This document shows positions 1 through 30,681 of a stretch of DNA of 64,000 bases, piece by piece. Both the position numbers and the translations under genes were made by a program. The stretch lies in the NCBI GenBank assembly GCA_020137815.1, contig CM035362.1, forward strand, positions 1,984,001 through 2,048,000, in the 5' to 3' direction. Source of the DNA: Hormiphora californensis (taxonomy: Eukaryota > Animalia > Ctenophora). Position 1 is the stretch's first letter; each line of letters opens with the position of its first letter. The notes beneath the pieces were generated by a model. It worked only from the letters and a program-made list of their open reading frames with translations, ran no database searches and was not told where the DNA came from.

Positions 1-673
1 AGTGGTAACTATTTCTTTGTTTTAGGTGGTTGGTATCAGTCTAGCATATGTTCTGACCAGAGTCATTCACGTTATATGAGACGAACCTGATTGTGAATGA
101 CGGTTGTACAGAAAGAAACTTGTAGACGCAGTGTATAATGAACTTTACATCAAAAAAGTAACGATAGAAAGACAGATTTAGTAAGTTCAAAGTTTACTAA
201 TCATTTGTTGACCCGGTGGCTAGAAACTATTTGATTTTGTTGTGTTTTTGAGAATTTAGAACAGTGTATAATATTTTGGTAATTGTATATTTTACATTTT
301 TGTGTACATGTGCAGTTGCTATACGAAACTTCTATTGTTGTCCAACACAATGTCCAAATTTCCTGTTCAACATTTCCCACTTTGCTATTTTCCCTCTTTT
401 CTTTTTTTCCCATTGGACGATCTAGCACCGTTTTTGTGACGTCCAACTAGTTTCTTCTCTCTTTCCAGCACCTAATCCGCCATCGTATCCCCTTAAATAA
501 TATAATATTCCACCTTTGTATCCATGATCCCTCCTACGTAGAGCTTGTTGTATTGATCAAACTCTACACAAAACTGTCCAAACAAGTGCTAGTACATTCT
601 TTTCCAATCCCCCCCCCCATTTACCTCGATCTACCCCCAAACTCCCTCCACGCCCCTCCTACCCTAGCACATA

Positions 674-18618
<17,945 letters not shown>

Positions 18619-19136
18619 TTGGAGTTAATTAATTAGTTAATTAATTGGACTAAATTGAGTACAATTGTGGACATTGTGTAGGGTAGATATATAATGAGGG
18701 GAACAATGGGACTCAAAACAGGGCACGGTGAACTTGTGTCATTATTTTCTGATTGTTTCACATCACATTATTTTTACCTAGATAAGACTTCATTTACACG
18801 CCAGATCAGGACACGTAGATTTTTGAGTGTGTGAGCATCTGAGTGAGCTTTTTAGTAGGGAAGCTACATTATTATACTAAATCAAGATGTTCAAAATATG
18901 CAGCTAAATGTGACTCTGAGCTGGTTACGAAACCCCTTGTGGTCTTCGTAGGGTGCACTTCGTGCTTGCAAGGGAGGGGTAACCTGACTCTGAGCTCATA
19001 GCTCAGCTCTCATTTTGCACATCCTGATTTATTATTATAGCGGCCCCTACTTTTTCTTCCTTTAGACATTAGTTAGTAATTTCCCCCGATTTTTATGTTT
19101 CCATTCCTACCATTATACACCATATTTTAAAAGTAT

Positions 19137-19173
<37 letters not shown>

Positions 19174-19639
19174 TGTGAGTGTGTGTGAGTGTGCCATTTG
19201 TATATTTCCACCCATAATCCGTAATATATTATATCGTGTATAAATTGATTCATATAATGTATTTAGGGCTTTTTCAAGAGAAATATAGAAAGAGAGAGAA
19301 ACTGGGAATGAGTGTACGTAGGGTAAAGCTATCATGATGTTTTCGGTATAAATTCTCTTCCCACCAAAAGTGAAAAGAAATGGACATCATCAAGAAACAT
19401 GATCTCTACCCGATCTCTATTAATCACCTTTTTATTGTATCATGTTTCGCGTTATCATTGAGCGACTTGATAATTTCAATTATGACACAAATTGATGTGC
19501 TAATTGACACCAATTAACACTAATTAATGTGCTAATTGACACACCAATTAACAGCGGGACTGAGTTGAAACTTTTGATAGGAACATTTCTACGCAGCTCT
19601 GAGAAGATGAAATTGTGATCAATATAATAAGGTGAAAGT

Positions 19640-19753
19640 GAAACAACAACGAACTGCAGCTGTGTGTTGCGCATTCGTTGTGCATAACGATACTCACCGG
19701 TGAGATTCACATGCGCAACATTGTGCAATGCGCAGCCAGTTCGTTGTTGTTTC
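19640..19753. repeat. Short hairpin element with 17-bp terminal inverted repeat
   Basis: gaaacaacaacgaactg ... cagttcgttgttgtttc. Confidence 0.65.
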
Positions 19754-19786
19754 GCTTACACTTTAGTTGTTATCAGTAGCCTTATT

Positions 19787-22700
19787 GGTAATATACCAAT
19801 TCTTGGTGTTCGAAGGAAATAGCGCTAATTAGCGATTTTAGGAGCGCTAATTAGCGCTAATTAGCGCTATTTAAGATTTCGATATTTATAAAAAGTGTTA
19901 GAAGCGCTAAAAATAGCGCTATTTTATAAAATAGCGCTATTTGTGACCGCTAATTAGCGCTAATTAGCGGTCACAAATAGCGGTAATTAGCGGTAGCGCT
20001 ATTTTAGCGCTTTTTGCACTTAAAAATAGCGCTATTTTAGTAGAAAAATAGCGGTTCTAAATTTTGTGTTAATTTCAAATTTGATAACACCGCTATTCAA
20101 ATAGCGGTCCTAAAAATTTTGAAATAGCGCTATTTAAGAGACATCGCTATTTGACGTATCTAAGCCATGATTGGTTGGCGTTGATCACGTGATTAAATAA
20201 ATCCTTATGATTGGTCAAAATCTGTAACCGCTAATTAGCGCCATTTCTTAAAGATTAGCTATTTTTATTTACAAATTAGCGCTAATTAGCGCTAATTAGC
20301 GCTATTAACAATATGAAAATACCGCTAACTAGCGCTAATAAGCGCTAAATAGCGCTAAATAGCGCTAATTAGCGCTATCAACAATTTGTAAATAGCGCTA
20401 ATTAGCGCTATTAATACAATATATGTATATTACTTTGTTAATAGCGCTAATTAGTGCTAATTAGCGCTATTAACATTTTGCAAATAGCGCTAATTAGCGC
20501 TTATAAGTGCTAATAAGCGCTAACTAGCGCTATTTGAAAATTATTAATAGCGCTAATTAGCGCTTATAAGCGCTATTAACATAATAGTAAACGTTTAAGT
20601 TGATAATAGCGCTAATAAGCGCTAATTAGCGCTATTAATAGTTTGCAATTAGCACTAATTAGCGCCTATTAGCGCTAACAAGCGCTAACTAGCGCTATTT
20701 GCAAATTATTAATAGCGCTAATTAGCGCTATTTAGCGCATTTCACAAAATAATGAATGTATATTTTGTTAATAGCGCTGATCAGCGCTATAGACAATTTA
20801 AAAGTAGCGCTAATAAGCGCTATTTCCATATTATTAATAGCGCTAATTAGCGCTAATTAGCGCTATTATCAACTTAAACGTTAACTATTTTATTAATAGC
20901 GCTAAAAAGCGCTAATTAGCGCTATTAATATTCTGCAAATATCGCTAGTTAGCGCTAATTAGCGCTAATAAGCGCTAATTAGCGCTATTTCCATATTATT
21001 AATAGCGCTAATTAGCGCTAATTAGCGATTTTATCAACTTACACTTAAAATATTTCATTAATAGCGCTAATAAGCGCTAGTTAGCGCTATTAATATTCTG
21101 CAAATAGCGCTAGTTAGCGCTAATTAGCGCTAATTTGCGCTTTTTTCATATTATTAATAGCGCTAATTAGCGCTAGTTAGCGCTATTATCAACTTATACT
21201 TTAACTATTTTATTAATAGCGCTAATAAGCGCTAATTAGCGCTATTAATATTCTGCAAATAGCGCTAGTTAGCGCTAATTAGCGCTAATAAGCGCTAATT
21301 AGCGCTATTTCCATATTAATAATAGCGCTAATTAGCGCTAATTAGCGCTATTAATAAAATAGTTAAAGTATAAGTTGATAATAGCGCTAACTAGCGCTAA
21401 TTAGCGCTATTAATAATATGAAAATAGCGCTAATTAGCGCTTATTAGCGCTAACTAGCGCTATTTCCATATTAATAATAGCGCTAATTAGCGCTAATTAG
21501 CGCTATTATCAACTTATACTTTAACTATTTTATTAATAGCGCTAATAAGCGCTAATTAGCGCTATTAATATTCTGCAAATAGCGCTAGTTAGCGCTAATT
21601 AGCGCTAATAAGCGATAATTAGCGCTATTTCCATATTAATAATAGCGCTAATTAGCGCTAATTAGCGCTATTATCAACTTATACTTTAACTATTTTATTA
21701 ATAGCGCTAATAAGCGCTAATTAGCGCTATTAATATTATGTAAATAGCGCTAGTTAGCGCTAATTAGCGCTAATAAGCGCTAATTAGCGCTATTTCCATA
21801 TTAATAATAGCGCTAATTAGCGCTAATTAGCGCTATTATCAACTTATACTTTAACTATTTTATTATTAGCGCTAATAAGCGCTAATTAGCGCTATTAATA
21901 TTCTGTAAATAGCGCTAGTTAGCGCTAATCAGCGCTAATAAGCGCTAATTAGCGCTATTTCCATTTTAATAATAGCGCTAATTAGCGCTAATTAGCGCTA
22001 TTATCAACTTATACTTTAACTATTTTATTAATAGCGCTAATAAGCGCTAATAAGCGCTATTAATATTCTGCAAATAGCGCTAGTTAGCGCTAATTAGCGC
22101 TAGTTAGCGCTAATTAGCGCTATTTCCATATTAATAATAGCGCTAATTAGCGCTAATTAGCGCTATTATCAACTTATACTTTAACTATTTTATTAATAGC
22201 GCTAATAAGCGCTAATTAGCGCTATTAATATTCTGCAAATAGCGCTAGTTAGCGCTAATAAGCGCTAATTAGCGCTATTTCCATTTTAATAATAGCGCTA
22301 ATTAGCGCTAATTAGCGCTATTATCAACTTATACTTTAACTATTTTATTAATAGCGCTAATTAGCGCTATTAATATTCTGCAAATAGCGCTAGTTAGCGC
22401 TAATTAGCGCTAGTTAGCGCTAATTAGCGCTATTTCCATATTAATAATAGCGCTAATTAGCGCTAATTAGCGCTATTATCAACTTATACTTTAACTATTT
22501 TATTAATAGCGCTAATAAGCGCTAATTAGCGCTATTAATATTCTGCAAATAGCGCTAGTTAGCGCTAATTAGCGCTAATAAGCGATAATTAGCGCTATTT
22601 CCATATTAAAAATAGCGCTAATTAGCGCTAATTAGCGCTATTATCAACTTACACTATAACTAATTTATTATTAGCGCTAATAAGCGCTAATTAGCGCTAT

Positions 22701-25700
22701 TAATATTCTGAAAATAGCGCTAGTTAGCGCTAATAAGCGCTAATTAGCGCTATTTCCATATTAATAATAGCGCTAATTAGCGCTTATTAGCGCTATTATC
22801 AACTTACACTATAACTATTTTATTATTAGCGCTAATAAGCGCTAATTAGCGCTATTAATAATATGGAAATAGCGCTAGTTAGCGCCAATTAGCGCTAATA
22901 AGCGCTAATTAGCGCTATTTCCATATTAATAATAGCGCTAATTAGCGCTATTATCAACTAATACTTTAACTATTTTATTAATAGCGCTAATAAGCGCTAA
23001 TTAGCGCTATTAATATTCTGCAAATAGCGCTAATTAGCGTTATTTCCATATTAATAATAGCGCTAATTAGCGCTAATTAGCGCTATTCTCAATTTATACT
23101 TCAACTATTTTATTAATAGCGCTAATAAGCGCTAATTAGCGCTATTAATATTCTGCAAATAGCGCTAATTAGCGCTAATAAGCGCTAATTAGCGCTAATA
23201 AGCGCTATTATCAACTTAAACTTTTACTATTTTATTAATAGCGCTAATAAGCGCTAATTAGCGCTATTAATATTATGCAAATAGCGCTAGTTAGCGCTAA
23301 TTAGCGCTAATAAGCGCTATTTTCATATTATTAATAGCGCTTATTAGCGCTATTAATAAAATAATAAACTTTTAAGTTGATAATAGCGCTAATTAGCGCT
23401 ATAAATATATTCCAAATAGCGCTAATTAGCGCTAAATAGCGCTATTAATAAAATAGTAAATGTTAAAGTTAATAATAGCGCTAATAAGGGCTAATTAGCA
23501 CTATTAATAATTTGCAAATAGCGCTAATTAGCGCTAATTGGCGCTAATTAGCGCTTATTAGCGCTATTTGCAAAATATTAATAGCGCTAATTAGCGCTTA
23601 TTAGCGCTATTAATAAAATCATCAACGTTTAAGTTGATAATAGCGCTAATTAGCGCTAATTAGCGCTATTAATAAATTCCAAATAGCGCTAATTAGCGCT
23701 AATTAGCGCTAATAAGCGCTATTTGCAAAATATTAATAGCGCTAATTAGCGCTTATTAGCGCTATTAATAAAATAATAAACTTTTAAGTTGATAATAGCG
23801 CTAATTAGCGCTAATTAGCGCTATTAATATATTCCAAATAGCGCTAATTAGCGCTAAATAGCGCTTATAAGCGCTAATAAGCGCTATTTGCAAAATATTA
23901 ATAGCGCTAATTAGCGCTTATTAGCGCTATTAATAAAATAATAAACTTTTAAGTTGATAATAGCGCTAACTAGCGCTAATTAGCGCTATTAATATATTCC
24001 AAATAGCGCTAATAAGCGCTAAATAGCGCTTATTAGCGCTATTTGCAAAATATTAATAGCGCTAATTAGCGCTATTAATAAAATAGTAAATGTTTAAGTT
24101 AATAATAGCGCTAATTAGCGCTAATTAGCGCTATTAATAATTTGCAAATAGCCCTAATTAGCGCTAATTGGCGCTTATTAGCGCTATTTGCAAAATATTA
24201 ATAGCGCTAATTAGCGCTTATTAGCGCTATTAATAAAATAATAAACTTTTAAGTTGATAATAGCGCTAATTAGCGCTAATTAGCGCTATTAATATATTCC
24301 AAATAGCGCTAAATAGCGCTTATTAGCGAAATAAGCGCTATTTGCAAAATATTAATAGCGCTAATTAGCGCTTATTAGCGCTATTAATAAAATAATCAAC
24401 GTTTAAGTTGATAATAGCGCTAATTAGCGCTAATTAGCGCTATTAATTTATTCCAAATAGCGCTAATTAGCGCTAAATAGCGCTTATTAGCGCTAATCAG
24501 CGCTATTTGCAAAATATTAATAGCGCTAATTAGCGCTTATTAGCGCTATTAATAAAATAATAAACTTTTAAGTTGATAATAGCGCTAATTAGCGCTAATT
24601 AGCGCTATTAATAATTTGCAAATAGCCCTAATTAGCGCTAATTGGCGCTTATTAGCGCTATTTGCAAAATATTAATAGCGCTAATTAGCGCTTATTAGCG
24701 CTATTAATAAAATAATAAACTTTTAAGTTGATAATAGCGCTAATTAGCGCTAATTAGCGCTATTAATATATTCCAAATAGCGCTAATTAGCGCTAAATAG
24801 CGCTTATTAGCGCTAATAAGCGCTATTTGCAAAATATTAATAGCGCTAATTAGCGCTTATTAGCGCTATTAATAAAATAATCAACGTTTAAGTTGATAAT
24901 AGCGCTAATTAGCGCTATTAATATATTCCAAATAGCGCTAATTAGCGCTAAATAGCGCTTATTAGCGCTAATAAGCGCTATTTGCAAGATATTAATAGCG
25001 CTAATTAGCGCTAATTAGCGCTATTAATAAAATAGTAAATGTTAAAGTTAATAATAGCGCTAATAAGCGCTAATTAGCGCTATTAATAATTTGCAAATAG
25101 CGCTAATTAGCGCTAATTGGCGCTAATTAGCGCTTATTAGCGCTATTTGCAAAATATTAATAGCGCTAATTAGCGCTTATTAGCGCTATTAATAAAATAA
25201 TCAACGTTTAAGTTGATAATAACGCTAATTAGCGATAATTAGCGCTATTAATAAATTCCAAATAGCGCTAATTAGCGCTAATTAGCGCTTATTAGCGCTA
25301 ATAAGCGCTATTTGCAAAATTATAATAGCGCTAATTAGCGCTAATTAGCGCTTTTATCAACTTAAACGTTGATAATTTTACTAATAGCGCTAATTAGCGC
25401 TATTTATAATTTGCAAATAGCGCTAATTAGCACTTATTAGCAAAATATTAATAGCGCTAATAAGCGCTTATTAGCGCTATTAATAAAATAGTCAACATTT
25501 AAGTTGATAATAGCGCTAATTAGCGCTAATTAGCGCTTTTAATGTTTTGTAAGTAGCGCTACTTAGCGCTAATAAGCGCTAACTAGCGCTAACTAGCGCT
25601 ATTTTAAAAATACTAATAGCGCTAATTAGCGCTTATTAGCGCTATTAATAAAATTATAAACGTTTAAGTTGATAATAGCGCTAATTAGCGCTAATTAGCG

Positions 25701-26850
25701 CTATTAATATATTCCAAATAGCGCTAATTTGCGCTTATTATCGCTTATTAGCGCTAATAAGCGCTATTTGCAAAATATTAATAGCGCTAACTAGCGCTAA
25801 TTAGCGCTATTAATAAAATAGTAAATGTTTAAGTTGATAATATCGCTAAATAGCGCTAATTAGCGCTATTTATAATATGCAAATAGCGCTAATTAGCGCT
25901 TATTAGCGCTTATTAGCGCTAATTAGCGCTATTTGCAAAATATTAATAGCGCTAATTAGTGCTTATAAGCGCTATTAATAAAATAATCAATGTTTAAGTT
26001 AATAATAGCGCTAATTAGCGCTATTTAGCGCTATTAATATTTTGCAAATAGCGCTAATTAGCGCTAATTGGCGCTAATTAGCGCTTATTAGCGCTATTTG
26101 CAAAATATTAATAGCGCTAATTAGCGCTAATTAGCGCTATTAATAAAATAGGAAATGTTTAAGTTGGTATTAGCGCTAATAAGCGCTAATTAGCGCTATT
26201 GATAATATGCAAATAGCGCTAGTTAGCGCTTATTAGCGCTTATTAGCGCTAACTAGCGCTATTTGCAAAATATTAATAGCGCTAATTAGTGCTAACTAGC
26301 GCTATTAACAAAATAATAAATGTTTAGGTTGATAATAGCGCTAATTAGCGCTAATTAGCGCTAATTAGCGATTATAAAAATAGCGCTAATTAGCGCTATT
26401 TTTCGTCACATGACAGGATTTTTGTCACGTGACATACATTATCCAATCATAGCGTTTTCTATATTTTGATGAAATTGGAAATAGCGCTAATTAGCGGTTC
26501 GAACAAAATTAATTGAGAATGTTAATAGCGCTAATTAGCGCTAATTAGCGCTGATTAGCGCTATTTTTGTAAGTGTTAATAGCGCTATTTTTTTAGAAAA
26601 ATTGCCCGATTAGCGGTTACAAAAAGCGCTAAAATAGCGCTACCGCTAATTACCGCTATTTTTGATCGCTAATTAGCGCTAATTAGCGGTCAAAAATAGC
26701 GCTATTTTGTGAAATAGCGCTATTATTAGCGCTATTAGCGCTATCGATAAATAGCGCTATCGCTAATTAGCGCTAATTAGCGCTAATTAGCGCTATTAAA
26801 ACCGCTAATTAGCGCTATTTCCTTCGAACACCAAGAATTGGTATATTACC
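19787..26850. mobile_element. 7.06-kb non-autonomous foldback DNA transposon (GG termini, 8-bp TSD; Merlin-like hallmarks) filled with a TTAGCGCTAA satellite
   Basis: Perfect outer TIR ggtaatataccaattcttggtgttcgaaggaaatagcgctaattagcg at 19787 and its reverse complement ending at 26850. GCCTTATT is duplicated at 19779-19786 and 26851-26858. Satellite orientation flips at about 23340, near the midpoint. No ORF. Confidence 0.92.
20270..26400. repeat. Satellite of the palindromic decamer TTAGCGCTAA arranged in 155/165-bp higher-order units with three AT-rich spacers
   Basis: The spacer ttatcaactt recurs at 21506, 21671, 21836, 22001, 22166, 22321, 22476, 22641, 22796 and 22951 (steps of 165 or 155 bp). 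Confidence 0.92.
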
Positions 26851-27447
26851 GCCTTATTAATACCAAATGGGGATGGATATGTTAGTGTACTTTTAGACTT
26901 TTAAGTCGAGACTGAGTGAAATAAGTTTTGTTGATTGTCAAATATTAATTTTATATCTGCACTTGTTCTTTGAAAAGATATCTTGTTTTCAATTGTATCT
27001 GGAACCTGTATGGCGGCGACAGTGCGCTCAGATGGGTCGCGGCGCCAGATAGTATAGATTTTATCTTGTCGAGTAACTCAACAAGCTGTATCTGGAACTG
27101 TCGGAGCAATGCCTGACCACTCTCACCGCTTCGCCCTACTGAGCGGAGCTAATCGCAAGAGAAAGGGTCAGCACGGTGCCTGACAGATTAATTGGAACTT
27201 CCAGGGGAAGTGGCCTAGTGGAGGGCCGGAAATTTTACTGTTGTAAATCTGTCCTGTTACATGTCGATTTGATTCTAAAAACAGTGCGCTCAAATGGGTT
27301 CCGCGGCGACAGACAGAATCTGTCAGGAATCACTCTTTCTCGTTCGCTTCGAGATGAGCGGAGCGGAGGGTGGTCATCAGGCATTGTACTGACACTGTCA
27401 GTGATTGTTGTAAATGTATTTGTAAATGTAAAAGGTCAACTTCTGTA

Positions 27448-27955
27448 TAGTGGGAGACACTAGCGTGGTACGCGCAAAAAATGCGTGCCACACCAATTTT
27501 GTTTTTCAAAAAACACGCAAGAAAAAGTTTTTCAAGATCGACTTTTCACGTTTTGGCTCATAACTCCTGTTCCTGATAAGATAAAGACTTCAAACCTTCG
27601 CCATTCGATGGGGCTTGAAATTCCCTTTCCAACGATATGCAAACGATTTCTGCAGCTTATCAGGAACCGGAGATGTGATCAATTATGATGATGCCGAAGG
27701 AAACTTACGCAGTCATTATCATAATTGATCATATCTCCGGTTCCTTATAAGCTGCAGAAATCGTTTGCATACCGTTGGAAAGGGAATTTCAAGCCCCATC
27801 AAATGGTGAAGGTTTGAAGTCTTATCAGGAAAAGGAGTTATGAGCCAAAACGTGAAAAGTCGATCTTGAAAAACATTTTCTTGCGTGTTTTTTGAAAAAC
27901 GAAACTGGTGTGGCACGCATTTTTTTTGCGTGTACCACGCTAGTGTCTCCCGCTA
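27448..27955. mobile_element. Near-palindromic MITE, TAG...CTA termini, 3-bp TSD (Academ-like hallmarks)
   Basis: gta|tagtgggagacactagcgtggtac ... gtaccacgctagtgtctcccgcta|gta. Arms about 245 bp, spacer about 20 bp at 27694-27713. The mirror-image ORFs 27485+ and 27916- are a by-product. Confidence 0.88.
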
Positions 27956-28076
27956 GTAGCTGTCTTCTTGAATTGTTGCTGAGATCTCAGATAGGAAACG
28001 AAATATAAAATGACGGTGTGAGCCACACAAGTTCCGCCCCGCATGATGTTATATCTGATAAGGATATGACGGTTTT

Positions 28077-28280
28077 CAGTCAGTCAGTCAGTCAGTCAGT
28101 CAGTCAGTCAGTCAGTCAGTCAGTCAGTCAGTCAGTCAGTCAGTCAGTCAGTCAGTCAGTCAGTCAGTCAGTCAGTCAGTCAGTCAGTCAGTCAGTCAGT
28201 CAGTCAGTCAGTCAGTCAGTCAGTCAGTCAGTCAGTCAGTCAGTCAGTCAGTCATTCAGTCAGTCAGACAGTCAGTCAGA
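28077..28280. repeat. (CAGT)n tetranucleotide microsatellite, about 50 units
   Basis: Direct reading. Confidence 0.97.
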
Positions 28281-29036
28281 CAGGTGAAGGCATGCTGTCG
28301 GCCGCGTGATTGTTGTGTCCTAAATACAACCCAAATACAAAACATTTTCCTATTTCAATCTCAATTTCTCTGAAATTGAAATGAATGTACCACTGGCAAC
28401 CGGTTGAGAACAAAATAAAACGCAGAAGATTTTGTTGTTGGTGTATGAAAATTTAATCATTAAAATTCACATATCAGCTGGTCACATTATAATTATATAT
28501 AGCACAGTCACACACACACACACACACACAAACAAACACACATTCAGCGCGATGCCTGACCACTCTCCTCGCTCCGCTCGCAAGAAGCGGTCAGAGCGAT
28601 GCCTGAAAGCACTGAAACAAACAATCCTTCGATTTAGGACCCAATGCTATGCTCCAAAACAACATGGTGATCTATACGTTCCTGACATAACAAACTATAA
28701 CACAGACAATAATTAATTAGGGGATGGGAAAATAGGGTATACATTGTTATCATTCTTCCATTTATATATCTAGAACTTGTTGAACTCAACAATCTAGAAC
28801 ACTACCCTGGCTCACACTTGACAGATGACACTAATTATACTCGTATGTCATATTGTCAAGACTAAAGAATTTAATTAATTAGACTTCTCAAGGAATATAA
28901 AGACAGGCCTGGTAATTATGGTAATTGTGCATAATCGTACCTATATCCATGTCAGCGGGGGTATATAAAAATGAATGGTTATAAATTACATAAAAACAGA
29001 TATAATAGCACACACACCATCTCACTCTCACTATAT

Positions 29037-29972
29037 GGGTCATTCTCATGAAATTGACACCAAAATTTCAAACTTGTCTGATTTCGATAAAACTTATATC
29101 ATCTGAAAGCACGTAATGGACTTAGTATTTCTGTATACGTGGACTTCATAATTATTGCATAATTAAATAATTATGAGTAATTAAAGCCGCGTACGTTACG
29201 CAACGACCGTTACGTGATGGACGTTACAATGCAATTTAATTACAATTGCATGTAAAGTGGTCGTAACGACCATAACGTCTATGGTCGTTACAAATTTAAC
29301 GACCGTTACGTGATGGTCGTTATTTCGTAACGTCCATAACGTTACGGACGTTACAGGTGTAATGTCTATGCAAATAACTTTGTGGCGGAGTCAAATTCAT
29401 GACCTTATAAGGTCTGTCACGGTCATTACATCTTGAATTTTGTAACGTCCATAACGTCATGGTCGTTACTTTCGTAGCGACCATAACGTTACGGACGTTA
29501 CAAATTTAACGACCGTTACGTGATGGTTGTTACATTTTTAACGACCGTTACGTTACGGACGAATGTCACGGTCGTTACAATCATTACATTTTTCACTATC
29601 AAAGCAATTTAAATCCAAATTAGTTACAAGTATGCTTTCATATTTCCCAATCAGACAGATCTCTTTGAGAGCTACCGCTGGATACCCATTTTTACGTCGT
29701 ACGACAACCATAACTGATTTTATGAGCGATTTTATCAGCGTCACGGTCGTCATGGTCATTACGTCCACGCCGAAAATCGGTCATTTTTAGCATATTATGC
29801 GTCATTATTCATTCCTATGATACATAATTGTACCATACTGTTCATTTTTCGTTAATTTAGACATTTTTCTACATTCTGGTACCAAAATTACCAAAGTTGA
29901 CCAATGTTAAGATGCTCTAAAGGCAGGACCAAAATCTCTCATCTCGAAGTGTCAATTTTATGAGAATGACCC
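29037..29972. mobile_element. Non-autonomous TIR element with GGG termini flanked by ATAT, with an internal acgaccgttacgtgatgg minisatellite
   Basis: atat|gggtcattctcatgaaattgacac ... gtgtcaattttatgagaatgaccc|atat. Internal cgttac/gtaacg repeats in both orientations at about 29190-29770. Superfamily uncertain (a 4-bp AWWT TSD would fit Sola). Confidence 0.8.
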
Positions 29973-30681
29973 ATATTATTATTCTAAGCGGTCAAAATAT
30001 ACATAAACATTCCGTGTAGAATTATAGATGTCACATAATATATATCATGATTTAACTTGCTGCAGGGTGGTTGGAAATTATTAAGCTCATTATTACTGGT
30101 CCCACAAAGACAGTGGGACACCCTGTATGTTTCTCAGTGTCCATCTTGTTCTCAAAGAATCTGGGAAACATACGGGCGAAATAATTCCAAACCACCCCCT
30201 AAATGAACTTAAAACATAGTCATATATATAGAAATATCAATAGAGCAAAATAATAATGTTTTTTTTCAGGGGAAACAAATAAACAATCTTCTACCCAACC
30301 CTACTTTATACCTAATGGCTAAATGCTAATACCGTTCATAATTGTCATTGGAGTGCAAACACGACCCCTAAATGTCACTAAGTACTCTTATCTAGAGCCC
30401 CTCGTAGCTCTATCTTTCAATTTTACTTAAAGTTTATCTTGAAGGAACTTCTTTAACAACGATTATATAACAAACAAAGTATAGTCCATGATAGCACCAA
30501 CAATGTCTTTTTCACCTGACGGGGGAACACTTCACATATTGTACAGAACTCAGCACCTCTCAACTTTCACGGATATATATAGTTGGGCTATTTAGGGCTG
30601 CACCGATGAAAGAGAGCTTCAAACACTCTCCCCCTAATATGCACCCCTATTATAACCCCTATAACAACGCGTCAACTCCCC

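Noticed and set aside
20270-26400. Repeat-spacer pattern resembling a CRISPR array
   Set aside because: The spacers are three recurring sequences rather than unique ones, repeat copy number varies, there are no cas genes, and the context is eukaryotic. It is a satellite inside a TIR element.
27485-27916. Pair of near-identical ORFs on opposite strands (MPHQF...RCDQL)
   Set aside because: Mirror images created by the palindromic MITE arms, with non-ATG starts and no protein features.
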